Assembly (NCBI GenBank): GCA_951406725.2
Contig: OX597840.1
Span: 18,042,001 to 18,106,000, forward strand
DNA: 64,000 nucleotides
Reading direction: 5' to 3'
From: Octopus vulgaris
Taxonomy: Eukaryota
Shown here: positions 38,690-52,320 of the stretch, in pieces
Position numbering within the stretch: position 1 is the first letter of the stretch
Layout: the number at the start of each line of letters is the position of its first letter
The notes under the pieces: generated by a model
Seen by the model: the letters and a program-made list of their open reading frames with translations, nothing else
The model's database searches: none
Told to the model about the DNA's origin: nothing
Program-made: the position numbers and the translations under genes

Positions 38690-39076
38690 GGAATGGAAGC
38701 ACTCCGTCGATTACGACGATGAGGGTTCTGGTTGATCCGATCAATGGTACAGCCTGCTCGTGAAATTAACGTGTAAGTGGCTGAGCACTCCACAGACACG
38801 TGTACCCTTAACGTAGTTCTCAGGGATATTCAGCGTGTCACAGAGAGTGACAAGGCCGGCCCTTTGAAATACAGGTACAACAGAAACAGGAAGTAAGAGT
38901 GAGAGAAAGTTGTGGTGAAAGAGTACAGCAGGGATCACCACCATCCCTGCCGGAGCCTCATGGAGCTTTAGGTGTTTTCGCTCAATAAACACTCACAACG
39001 CCCGGTCTGGGAATCGAAACCGCTATCCTACAACTGCGCCTCCGCTACCCTAACCACTGGGCCATTGCGCCTCCAC
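38690..39076 (-). mobile_element. tRNA-derived SINE family C
   Basis: Minus-strand head ggaggcgcaatggcccagtggttagggtagcgg...ggtttcgattcccagacc. Relatives at ~34615-34922 (-), 44120-44420 (+) and 50005-50310 (+). Confidence 0.75.
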
Positions 39077-39240
39077 TAAAAGCAGAATAATGCTGATAGA
39101 ACAAGAACAGGATAAAGTATTCGAACTCATATCCCTGTGTTTACCGGTCAAGCGCTTTACCAATTAAGCTAAACTGCCCACTGACAAATTAATCCGCAAT
39201 TTTTTAACTTATAAATCTAGCTCATAAGACGCTGTATGTT

Positions 39241-39565
39241 AAATTGAAAATACAATAAATGCAAAGAAAGTTTGCGTTTAGGTGCACTGAGATGTATTGA
39301 AAAATGGAAATAAGGAAATGATTTATTCTCAAACGCAGCATAATGCTGATAGAATGGTAGGAACAGGATAAAATATCCATATTTTGCATCTCATGGCTGG
39401 CTGCCAACAAATTTTCCTGCAAAATATGGATATTTTATCCTGTTCCTACTATTCTATCAGCATTATGGTGTGTTTGAGAATAAATCATTTCCTTATTTCC
39501 ATTTTTCAATACATCTCAGTGCACCTAAACACAAACTTTGTTTACATTCATTGTATTTTCAATTT
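39241..39565. repeat. Long foldback inverted repeat (148-bp arms, 29-nt spacer) built from the tRNA-Thr-like repeat unit
   Basis: 39241-39388 vs 39418-39565. Mirrored ORFs 39222..39422(-) and 39384..39686(+) give near-identical peptides. Confidence 0.93.
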
Positions 39566-39577
39566 TTATATATATAC

Positions 39578-39634
<57 letters not shown>

Positions 39635-39817
39635 GGTGACACATAAAAAGCACCCACAACATTCTCGGAGTGGTTGGCATTATTAAGGGCATCCAGCTGT
39701 AGAAACTTTGCAAGATTGGATTGGAGCCTGGTGCAGCCTCCTGGCTTGCCAGACCTCAGTCAAACCATCGAACCCATACCAGCCTGGAAAGCACACATAA
39801 AACGATGATGATGATGA

Positions 39818-39867
<50 letters not shown>

Positions 39868-40111
39868 AATAAAAAAGGGTAGAATTAATTAATTATTAAT
39901 TAATTCGACTGAGCAGTGTTCGGTATGTAAAACAACCATTTACGGTATATTTGAAATATTACTTTATAAAAGTATGTGAATTATTTCTGAGTATGCATTG
40001 TCTGGGAGACTTTTCTTGCAGTAGAAGAAATAGCCAAATTTTTGGCTGCTATTTCTAAAAAGCTCGGTGTGTGGTAAAGTAAATTATTTTACTTTACCCT
40101 ATTTTTATAAA

Positions 40112-40146
<35 letters not shown>

Positions 40147-40867
40147 GCATAAACAGAGCCTGAAAGATTGCTTTAAGATATATGGTGTATTTTATAGATA
40201 TGCCTGTTCAAGTATCATAAAAGCATGAAACTGTTGGTAGCTCTTTTGGTTGTGTATTTGAGTTGACATTTGTCTCACACTGGGGTGGGGAGTACTTTTG
40301 TTTGTTGATTCTACCTCTGCTGGGTCTATAAACTGTGTGTGTGTGCGTGCATGCATGTACATACATAGATAAATAGATTGATAGATTTGTATCTGTCAAT
40401 GATAAATGCCCAGTTTGTTCTTTGTTCACAGGGGAACATCTCTCTTCCATCCTTCAACGCATGTTTCTCAAAGTTTGATTGTGAAGGAGACAAACATTTG
40501 TTGTCTTAAATCACTGAATAAATCTATTTATTTACTCTGGTTAAACAGCATTGAGTTCTTTCCCAGATTTAGTCATTTCTCTTGCAAGCACGTTCCGATG
40601 CCTTTCTGTGTTTCTGTGTGTATGCATTCTTTTTCTATGACGTCGGCCTTATTTCAACATGCCAAGGGGAATCAATATCTATCATTGCATTTTGTTTAGT
40701 AAATGACTTTTGTTGCTGAGAATAATCAAACAAGGATTTCACCATGAACAACAACAAAAGCTGTTGCCTAACTGAACAGGGTCTCTTTACATGGTTTCTC
40801 AAACTGCTAGAAACAGCAGTTAAATGTGCTACATAACACACTCAACTCATTTCCTTATATAACTTTT

Positions 40868-40932
<65 letters not shown>

Positions 40933-41972
40933 TTCCCTCTATCTCTTTCTCTCTCTCTCTCTTTCTCTATCTCTTTCTTTCTCTCTCTCTTTTTCTTTCT
41001 CTCTCTTCCTCTCTCTTTCTTTCTTTTTTTGCCTTGCTTGCTTCAGTTATTGGACCGTGACCATGCTGGAGTACTGCCTTGAAGGATATTAGTCAAACAT
41101 ATCGAATTATGTTAAATTGGGTACATATTCTATCAGTCTCTTTTTCTGAACAGCTAAGTTAAGATGTAAACAAACTAACATAGGTTGTCCAGTAGGCAAG
41201 GGTGAGGAGACAAAGGGGCACATGCACATAGCCATCTATGTAGGACAGGGATGAATATGGGTTCCATCTATATACAGATATATATATCTAATATAATATA
41301 ATATATATATATATACACGCACACACACATACACATATGCATACACATATAGATACAGACACACACAAGCACATGCACAAACATGCACACACATAGGCAC
41401 GCACACGAATGCACACATACCTAATGCTCACAACCCCACGCATACACATATATACACCCACCTATGCACACATACACACGCACACATTCATGCACACACA
41501 ACTACACACACATATGACACGCACATACATATACACACACACATGCACATGCAAATGAACCCACACATACCTCCCATACACACAGCACACACTCATACAT
41601 ACATGCACACAATTATACATACATGTATACACGTACGCACATACAAGCACACATGCACACATACACAAAGTAAAGCACAGTTATTCCCTACACACATAAC
41701 CCCTACGCATACACACATACACACACGAACACACACACACACACACACACACTGCAAATAAAACACACACAAACTACATATACATACATGCACACACACA
41801 TACTTCAAACTACCAGTACCTTCCACTGACCATTCTCCTATGCACATGTGTAGGTAGACACACAAAAGACAGCCACTCCTACTATAAATTCTTCCTATGA
41901 CCTTAAACAATACTAAGCCCAACCACACACATAGATTAACAGCCACACACACACACAGACACACGTGTTATC

Positions 41973-42018
<46 letters not shown>

Positions 42019-42135
42019 CACACACACATGCACACACACACCTGCGCGCATGCACATACTCACACATACACACACATACCTCCTTCTCTTGCACTCTCCT
42101 GTCTTTGAAAGAACTTTTTCTTCCGGTCATTCAAT

Positions 42136-42342
42136 ATGTGACCGCTTGTGTATCGTTGGCGATTTTTTTCCCTCCATCTTCCCTTCCTTGGATCTTTCCT
42201 TTTCCTATGTTTCTGACGAAGAGCTCTGCTCGAAACATTAAACCCTCCTTCTTTCCTTCTTTCCTGAGCGTCCAATAACACTATACTTGTTCCACGTCCT
42301 CGCGTCGTTGTGTTTTCTCTTTGTATTTTCATGTTTGGATTA

Positions 42343-42421
<79 letters not shown>

Positions 42422-42629
42422 GTGACCGCATGCGTACCGTTGGCGATTTTTTTCCCTCCGTCTTCCCTTCTTTGGATCTTTCCTTTTCCTATGTTTCTGA
42501 TGAAGAGCTCCACTCAAAATGTTAAACCCTCCTTCTTCCCTTCCTTCCTGAGCGTCCAATAATACTATACTTATTCCACGTCCTCGTGTTGCGTTTTCTC
42601 TTTGTATTTTCATGTTTTGGATTAACTTT
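42136..42629 (+). mobile_element. Two head-to-tail copies of the ~210-bp HHR-bearing repeat separated by (TA)n
   Basis: Copies at 42136-42347 and 42420-42629. The first has intact CTGACGA (42213-42219) and GAAA (42232-42235). Confidence 0.75.
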
Positions 42630-42664
<35 letters not shown>

Positions 42665-42666
<2 letters not shown>

Positions 42667-42840
42667 AGGAAGCAATTTTTTATTCTCAGACGCAGGATAA
42701 TGCTAATAATATAGCATGAACAGGATAAATTACCCATATTTTACAGAAAAATGTGTCGGCAGCCAGCCATGAGACTCGAACTCACATCCCTGTGATTACA
42801 TGTTACAGTGCTCTACCTTTAAGCTAAACTGCTCCGACAA
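42665..42840 (-). mobile_element. tRNA-Thr(TGT)-like repeat copy
   Basis: Minus strand GAGCAGTTTAGCTTAAAGGTAGAGCACTGTAACATGTAATCACAGGGATGTGAGTTCGAGTCTCATGGCTGGCT. T-arm GTGAG/CTCAT; TGT at the anticodon position (42798-42800). Confidence 0.6.
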
Positions 42841-42842
42841 CA

Positions 42843-43679
42843 AACATACATACATACATACATACATACATACATGCATACATGCATACATACATACATA
42901 CATACATACATACATACATGCATACATACATACATACATACATACATACATGCATGCATGCATGCATGCATACATACATACATACATACATACATACATA
43001 CATGCATGCATGCATGCATGCATGCATACATACATACATACATACATACATACATACATACAAACATGCATGCATACATACATACATACATACATACATG
43101 CATACATGCATACATACATGCATACATACATACATACATACATACAAACATACATACATACATACATGCATGCATGCATGCATGCATGCATACATACATA
43201 CATACATACATACATACATACATACATACATACAAACATACATACATACATGCATGCATGCATGCATGCATGCATACATACATACATACATACATACATA
43301 CATACATACATACATGCATGCATGCATGCATGCATGCATGCATGCATGCATACATACATACATACATACATACATACATACATGCATACATGCATACATA
43401 CATGCATACATACATACATACATACATACATACATACATACATACATACATACATGCATGCATACATACATACATACATACATACATACATACATACATA
43501 CATACATACATACATACATACATACATACATACATACATACATACATACATGCATACATACATACATGCATTCATACATACATACATGCATACATACATA
43601 CATACAAACATGCATGCATGCATACATACATGCATGCATGCATGCATACATACATACATACATACATACATGCATGCAT

Positions 43680-43714
<35 letters not shown>

Positions 43715-43715
43715 A
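42843..43715. repeat. ~870-bp (CATA)n/(CATG)n tetranucleotide array
   Basis: Directly visible; source of the long spurious ORFs. Confidence 0.97.
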
Positions 43716-44000
43716 ACACTTACTGTAAACAAAATAAGAGACAGTCAGGTAATGCTGAGTAAGTGCTATGGACAGACCATAGTTAAGCTCCAGGTGTGGT
43801 GATTATGCGAATGTGTCCAATGTAGGTCATATCAGCATATATATATATATATATATATTTGGTGAATTGAAGAAATGGAGCTGAACGCAGATTGAACAGA
43901 AATCGTTTTATTTCATTCTACACGTGTTTCGAAAGGCACAAATTACCAAAATCCGATTTCACATAAATTATATATATATATATATATATATACGTATGTA

Positions 44001-44041
<41 letters not shown>

Positions 44042-44071
44042 AAATGTAATCAAAATAAGCAACAATAAATG

Positions 44072-44108
<37 letters not shown>

Positions 44109-44419
44109 CTGTGTGTGTATGGAGGCACATGGCTTAGTGGTTTGAGCAGTGGACTCACAGTTGAGGGATCATGGGTTCAAATCTCAGACTGGGCGGTGTG
44201 TGTATTTATGAGCGAAAACACCTAAGCTCCATGTGGCTCTGGCAGAAGGTAATGGCGAAACTTCTGCTGACTCTTTCACCACAACTTTCTCTCACTCTTT
44301 CTTTCTGCATCCTCCAGCTCACCTGCAACGGACTGGTGTCCCGTCCAGGTGGGGAACCTATACGCCAAGGAAACTGGGAAACCAGCCCTAATGAGCCAAG
44401 CGTGACTCAAGAAGGAACA

Positions 44420-44490
<71 letters not shown>

Positions 44491-44978
44491 TAATATATAT
44501 ATATACATATATACACACACACACATATATATATAAATATGTGTGTGTGTTGCCACGTGTATAGATGGAGTGAGAATCTGTATATGTGTTTGTGTGTGTG
44601 TGCACATGTGTAAGGGTACGTATGTATGTCTCTGTCTCTCTCTCTCTATCATCCTGTTTTTCTCTCTTGCTGTATATGTGTGTGTGTGTATACGTGCATT
44701 TGTGCGGGGTTGTGTGTGGGAGATGTGTGTGTGTGTGCCTATGTGCATGTGAGTGTGTGTGGAAATGTATGCATGTGCATGTATATGTGTGCATGTGTGT
44801 GTGCATTGTGTGTGTGCATTGTGTGTGTGGAGGATTGTATGTGTGGAGGTATGTGCTCATTTGTGTGTGCGTAAGTGCATGCATGTGTATGTGTGCATAC
44901 ATGCATACATATGTGCATGTGCACACATGTATGGGTGTGTGTGTGGATTTCTCTCTATATGTCACTCTGCCCATCTCG

Positions 44979-45048
<70 letters not shown>

Positions 45049-45345
45049 TGTGTGTGTATATATGTGTGTGCGTGTCTATGTGCATGTGATTGTGTATATG
45101 AGTGCATATATATATATTGTCAATATTGTCAATATGACATAGATGAGAAATAGAAACAGCAAGTGTATATAGATTTTTGTAAAATATATTAAATACGCCT
45201 TTATTAATTTATTCTTTTTGCTTAGTCCAGTCAAAAATGTATTTATGTCTTGGTTTTGCTACTTGAGACTTAACTCTCTGTATGTGTGCATGTGTGTGTG
45301 CGTGAGTGAGTACGTGCAGGTGAGTATGTGTGTGTGTGCATACAT

Positions 45346-45378
<33 letters not shown>

Positions 45379-45486
45379 AGTACATTCAGAACTGAATGCT
45401 TGCACATCACCTTATAGCTTCATCAGAGCTATTTAATTTCATATTATACTTTGTACTTAATGCTTTCTTCTGCTGTATAGGTATAG

Positions 45487-45828
45487 TGAAGGCACATGGC
45501 TCAGTTGTTAGAGCGTAGAGCTTACGATCATGAGACTGTGAGTTTGAATCCCGGACCAGGTTGTGTGTTGTGCTCTTGAGCAAGACACTTTATTTCACAT
45601 TGCTCCAGTTCACTCAGCTGTAGAAATGAGCTGCGACGTCACAGGTGCCAAGCTGTATCGGCCCCCTTTGCCTTTCCCTTGGATAACCCTGGTGGCATGG
45701 AGAGGGGAATCCGGTATGTATGGGCGACTGCTGGTCTTCCATAAAAACAACCTTGCCTGGACTTATGCTTGGGAGAGTAACTTTCTAGGTACAATCCCGT
45801 GGTCAGTCATGACTGAAGGGGGTCTCAT
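45487..45828 (+). mobile_element. tRNA-derived SINE family D
   Basis: Head ggcacatggctcagttgttagagcg...gagtttgaatccc. Copies at 62383-62722 (+) and ~7628-7935 (-). Confidence 0.8.
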
Positions 45829-46471
45829 ATAGGTATATTGAGTTCTAACATAACCTAGCAGTGTAGCAAAAGAGACTGATAAAATAAGTACCAGGCTTAA
45901 AAAAATACTGTATTGATTCGTTCAACTAAGAATTCTCCAGGGTGATGCTCCAGCATGGCCACAGTCCGATGACTGAACAATTAAAAGATAAAAGATATAT
46001 ACACATATCAGACATCCCACCCATGACTTTTCCATCTTTTTTTTTACGTTTTTAAGCACAAAATATCTAAGACACCAAATCAATTAAACATTTTAAGGGC
46101 ATCCTCTCTGCTAAAACAGGGGCTGGCTCTATAAACCCCACAACAATCTAATATTAGTAATTATGATCCCTTTTGGTGGGGACACTGTTGTATAGCTGAA
46201 AGTCCCTCCTGTCACTAATCCACTTTTCTGTGACCTCTTACATCATGCAGGGATAAGTGTACCTAAGATTACTTTGACTTATGTGTTAACTTCTCATTTA
46301 CTAAATACAATACAACATGTGTTGCTGATGTCATGAAAATTCATTGTTTGAAGGCTTAAATATCCATTCGAATGGCTTAAATTTTCTGATTTAAATATTT
46401 TCTTGAAAATGATTTCAGGAAACGATGTTACGCAGCAGTGGGTAGGCAACAGCTGAAGTAATTATAAACTG

Positions 46472-46502
<31 letters not shown>

Positions 46503-46577
46503 TATTAGTAGTAGTAGTATTAGTATTATTGTTGTTGTTGTTGTTGTTATTATTGTTGTTGTTATGATTATTATTAA

Positions 46578-46625
<48 letters not shown>

Positions 46626-46938
46626 CATTATTATTATTATTATCATGACGATGATAATTATTATTATTATTATTATTATTATTATGATTATTATTATTAT
46701 TATTATTATTATTATCATCATCATCATTATGATTATTATTATTATTATCATTATTATAATTATTATTATTATTATTATCATTATTATAATTATTATTATT
46801 ATTATCATTATTATCATTATGATTATTATTATTATCATTATTATAATTATTATCATTATTATTATCATCATCATCATTATGATTATTATTATTATTATCA
46901 TTATTATAATAATTATTATTATTATTATCATTATTATA

Positions 46939-46973
<35 letters not shown>

Positions 46974-47004
46974 CATTATTATTATTATTATTATCATTAT
47001 TATA

Positions 47005-47039
<35 letters not shown>

Positions 47040-47079
47040 CATTATTATAATTATTATTATTATTATTATCATTATTATA

Positions 47080-47120
<41 letters not shown>

Positions 47121-47200
47121 CATTATTATAATTATTATTATTATTATCATTATTATCATTATGATTATTATCATTATTATCATTATGATTATTATTATTA

Positions 47201-47231
<31 letters not shown>

Positions 47232-47232
47232 A

Positions 47233-47265
<33 letters not shown>

Positions 47266-47490
47266 ATTATTATTATTATTATTATTATCATTATTATAAT
47301 TATTATTATTATTATCATTATTATCATTATGATTATTATTATTATCATCATCATCATTATGATTATTATTATTATTATTATCATCATCATCATCATTATG
47401 ATTATTATTATTATTATTATTATTATTATCATCATCATTATGATTATTATTATTATTATCATTATTATTATTATTATCATCATCATTATG

Positions 47491-47522
<32 letters not shown>

Positions 47523-47538
47523 CATCATCATCATTATG

Positions 47539-47573
<35 letters not shown>

Positions 47574-47589
47574 CATCATCATCATTATG

Positions 47590-47621
<32 letters not shown>

Positions 47622-47634
47622 CATCATCATTATG

Positions 47635-47673
<39 letters not shown>

Positions 47674-47677
47674 ATTA

Positions 47678-47759
<82 letters not shown>

Positions 47760-47801
47760 CATTATTATTATCATCATCATTATGATTATTATTATTATTA
47801 C

Positions 47802-47832
<31 letters not shown>
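46472..47832. repeat. ~1.36-kb (ATT)n trinucleotide array with ATC/ATG/ATA interruptions
   Basis: Directly visible; source of the poly-I/poly-N ORFs. Confidence 0.97.
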
Positions 47833-48050
47833 ATTAAGGTGGTGAGCTGGTAGAATCGTTAGCATGCTGAGCGTAATGCTTAGCGGTATTTCCCCTGTTG
47901 TTATGTTCTGCGATCAAAATCCACCGTGGGCGACTTTGCCTTTCATTCTTTTGGGGTTGATAAAATAAGTACTAGTTGTATACTGGGGTCGATGTAATCA
48001 GCTCATCTCCCTTCCCTGAAATCGCTGCTCTTGTGGCAAAATTTGAAACC

Positions 48051-48268
48051 AGGAGTGGCTGTGTGGTAAGTAGCTTGCTTACCAACCACATGGTTCTGGG
48101 TTCAGTCTCACTGCGTGGCACCTTGGGCAAGAGTCTTCTACTATAGCCTTGGGCCGACCAAGCCTTGTGAGTGGATTTGGTAGGTGGAAACTGAAAGAAG
48201 CCTATCGTATATATGTGCATGTATATATATATATATATATGCATATATATATATATATATATATGCAC

Positions 48269-48304
<36 letters not shown>

Positions 48305-48534
48305 GCATGTATGTGTATATGTTTGTGTGTCTGTGTTTGTACCCCCAACATTGCTTGACAACCGATGCTGGTGTGTTTACGTCCCTGAAACTTAGCAGTT
48401 TGGCAAAAGAGATCGATAGACTAAGTACTAGGCTTCCAAAGAATAAGTCCTGGGGTCAATTTGCTCAACTAAAAGCGGTGCTCCAGCATGGCTGCAGTCA
48501 AATGACTGAAACAAGTAAAAGAGTAAAAGAGTAA
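48051..48534 (+). mobile_element. SINE family A copy, directly after a family B copy (47836-48050)
   Basis: Consensus match with an expanded internal microsatellite. Confidence 0.85.
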
Positions 48535-48946
48535 GGCGGAAAACTGGCATACCAGTTAAATATTGGGGTCAATGTAATTGACACATCCCTTCTCCTGGCC
48601 TTGTGCCAACATTTGAAATAAATGAAGGCTATGAGCTAGCAGAATCGTTAGCATACTGGACAAAACGCTTAGGGGTATTTCACCTGTCATTACGATCTGA
48701 GATCAAATTTTGTTGAAGTTGACTTTGCCTTTCATCCTTGCAGAGTCAATAAATTAAGTACCAGTGAAATACTGGGGTCGATGCAATCGACTATCCCCCT
48801 CCCTCCAAATAGATACCTCTCTGGCAAAATTTGAAGCCATTATTATTTTTATGATTAAGGCAGCAAGCTGGCAGAAGTGTTAGCACACCAAGTGGTATAT
48901 ATATATGTGTGTGTGTGTGTGTACATATATATATATATACATATAT

Positions 48947-49002
<56 letters not shown>

Positions 49003-49097
49003 ATACATGTGCATATATATATATACGTATATATTTATATATATGCATACATACATGTGTGTGTGTGTATGTATATATATATATATATATATATATA

Positions 49098-49465
49098 CAG
49101 GGTCTTGCAGATAAGTTAAGACAATTTCTATGATGCCTAGAATTGGTTCAGTATCATCATCACCATCGTTTAATGTCTGTTTTCCATGCTAGCATGGGTT
49201 GGATGGTTCCACCGGGGTCTGGGAAGTCAGGAGACTGCACCAGGCTTCAGTCTGATCTGGCAGAGTTTCTACAGCTCTTCCTAACGTCAACCACTCCGTG
49301 ATGTCGTGGGTGCTTTTTACGTGCCACCAGCACAGGGGCCAGAGGAGGCTGGCAATGGTCACAATCGGTTGGTGCTTTTTACATATAACATTTATTACAA
49401 CAAAACATTTATCACTCAGTATGGCCCTCCTTTTGGGCAATTACGGCCTCCACATGGGAACAAAT
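49098..49465 (-). mobile_element. 3'-terminal fragment of the same Tc1/mariner as 50340-51704, inverted and interrupted
   Basis: cagggtcttgcagataagttaagacaatttctatg and acatttattacaacaaaacatttatcactcagtatggccctcc are reverse complements of parts of 51530-51704. Confidence 0.7.
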
Positions 49466-49953
49466 GGTATTTTGTTTGTCACTATGTTCTGAGTTCAAAT
49501 TCCACTGAGGTTGACTTTGCCTTTCATCCTTTCGGGGTGAATGAAATAAGTACCAGTTATACACTGAGGTCGATGTAATCAACTATCCCCCCGCCAAAAA
49601 ATTTCAGGCCTTGTACCTTTATGATTACCATGATTAAGGGAGCAAGCTGGAAGAGCTGTTACTCGCCTGGGGAAAATGCTTAGTGGCATTTTGTTTGAAT
49701 TTACGTTATAAGTTCAAATTACAGTAGGCTATAGTAGAAGACACTTGCCCAAGGTGCCATGCAGTGGGAATGAATCCGGAACCATGTGGTTGGTAAGCAA
49801 GCTACTTACCACACAGCCACTCCTGCGCCTATGATATATATATATACATATATATATGGTTGACCAGATACTGATTGATTTTCGTTATCTTTCCTCTCTG
49901 CCTGTGTGGATTGTTTTCAAGTACTTTGAATTTTCTAGGAGTCCCTTTTTAAA

Positions 49954-50008
<55 letters not shown>

Positions 50009-50339
50009 TGCTATGGCCCAGTGGTTAGAGCAGCAGACTCATGGTCAGAGGATCACGGTTTTGATTCCCAGACCGGGCGTTGTGTGTGTTTATTGAGCGA
50101 AAACACCTAAAGCTCTACGAGGCTCTGGCAAGAGGTGGTGGCAATCCCTGCTGTACTCTTTCGCCCCAACTTTCTCTCACTCTTCCTTCCTGTTTCTTGA
50201 GTAATGCTGCGATGGACTGGCGTCCTGTCCAGCTGGGGGGAACACATATGCCACAGAAACCGGGAAACCGGGCCCATGAGCCTGGCTAGGCTTGAAAAGG
50301 GCGCATAAATAAAATAAAAATATATATATATATTTATAT

Positions 50340-51704
50340 CCGGGGTCTAACAGATAAATTGATATCAATTTTAAGGAATTAAGTTACTAGGTTTAACATT
50401 TCATTTTTTGACGAAACCTTGCTTGCTTGAAAATCTAATCCTCCTTTTTATTTTTCAGGTAAATAGTGAACTTATTCGACAACAGAAAGTCATGGAATAA
50501 CAGAATTGTTCTGTCATTGGTTGTTTTGGCATGCACCAGGCACACTGCCAATAAAATTGTTAAGTTGATGAAACTTCGAAAAACAACAGTTTATCATCAT
50601 GTGTAAAAGAAGCGAGAAAGATTGATTGAAAAGAACACAAGACTTGAAGTGATTGCAAGCACAATCCAAATTTTTCTGTTGGCCTCAAACACTCAATTGA
50701 ACCCATCCACATCCATGACAACTCTTGCAAAAAAATGCAATGTGTCCTTATCCATGGTGTCCAGAGCTATGAACAGGAACCTTGGCATGCTTAGCCATGT
50801 TTGTCATTGTTGTCACCTCCTAACAGTCAAGGCCAAAGCAATCAGAGATAAGAGATGCCCAAAGCTTCTGTCATTCATCAAGCATCAGAGTGCAGGAAAA
50901 ACTCATGTGTTTGTGGATGAGAAGTTCACCGTGGACACTGGAGTGAATTGCAGAAATTGTGACTGCATACAACCCTTCTGACGTCCGCACTGTGTTTGAG
51001 ACTAAGAACCATGCCTCTGTGATTGTATTTGGAGCAGTGGCAAATGATGGAAGTGTCATGGATCCACACTTCATTGAGTCTGTCTTGAAGATCGGCACAA
51101 AGGAGTATCTGGACAACCTGAAAAACTCTCTGTTACCTTGGACAGAGCAAAAGTTTGGGCTTGACAATGTGGTGCTTATCAAGGATTCTTCACCATGCCA
51201 TGGGTCAAAAGCAACACAGTAGGCTATAGGTGAAGACACTTGCCCAAGGTGCCATGCAGTGGGAATGAATCCGGAACCATGTGGTTGGTAAGCAAGCTAC
51301 TTACCACACAGCCACTCACCAAGGTGAGAAGGTGCCATTTTTTGTGAGGGCCAGCATCTGGCCCAGTAATAGCCCAGATCTCAACCTTCTCGGTTACTTT
51401 TTATGGAGCATACTTCAAGGAAGGACCAATGCTTCACCACACTCAAGTGTCAACAGTTTGAAGACCTGCCTCATGTGTACAACACACAAAATCAAAAGGG
51501 CAGAGGTTGCAACAGCTGCCAAAAACAATTTTGTTCTCATGTGGAGGCAGTAATTGCTCAAAAGGAGGGCCATACTGAGTGATAAATGTTTTTGTTGTAA
51601 TAAACGTTACATTAAAATTATATCTGTAGACTTCTATTATTTTAGTACTTATAACCAGTTTTATGCAGCATAGAAATTGTCTCAATTTACCTGCAAAACC
51701 CTGT
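50340..51704 (+). mobile_element. Decayed Tc1/mariner-superfamily transposon, DD37D (maT)-like
   Basis: Frameshifted transposase: HVFVDEKFTVD...SVIVFGAVANDG...KDSSPCHGSKATQ [insertion] ...IWPSNSPDLNLLGYFLWSIL. Degenerate TIRs next to TA. About 37 aa between the 2nd and 3rd catalytic positions if the insertion is removed (inferred). Confidence 0.8.
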
Positions 51705-52286
51705 ATACATATAGATATATATATATGTGTGTGTGTGTGTGTGTAAATATATATATATATATATGTGTGTATGTATGCATGTATATGTGTATGTATGCAT
51801 GTATATATATATGTATGTATGTATTCGTGTATATATATATATGCATGTATATATATATATATATATATACATATATACACACACACACACACACATATAT
51901 ATATACATACACACATGCCGTAACTATCTGCCTGTTCTCTCTCCATATTTTTACTCTCTTTGTCTATTTTTTTCTGTAGAACAACATATGTTTAAAACAA
52001 AAGACTTTTCTTTCCATTTCTCCAGAGCGTAAACCTAATACACTCGTTTTTTATCTTGTCTTCATGTTATTCATAATTCTTGCATCACATGATGGTTGGA
52101 AATGAGTGTCTGTGTCATACAAGTTGTTAATGTGCTTTCAATCATATTCTAGTCATGGCAAAATATTACCTTATTTGGAAACTAGTGAGAGTTGGTGACA
52201 GGAAGGGCATCCTACCATAGACTTCAATTTGGCCATGTCAACAACAACAACAACTAATGCAACAGCTTCCACTACTACCACTGCTA

Positions 52287-52320
<34 letters not shown>

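Noticed and set aside
42796-43762. 250-320-aa MYVC/HTYI-repeat ORFs
   Set aside because: Artefact of the stop-free tetranucleotide array; the same applies to ORFs at 366-1230, 12541-12998 and 44276-45142.
46428-47865. 430-467-aa poly-Ile / poly-Asn ORFs
   Set aside because: Translations of an (ATT)n microsatellite; no splice or domain evidence.
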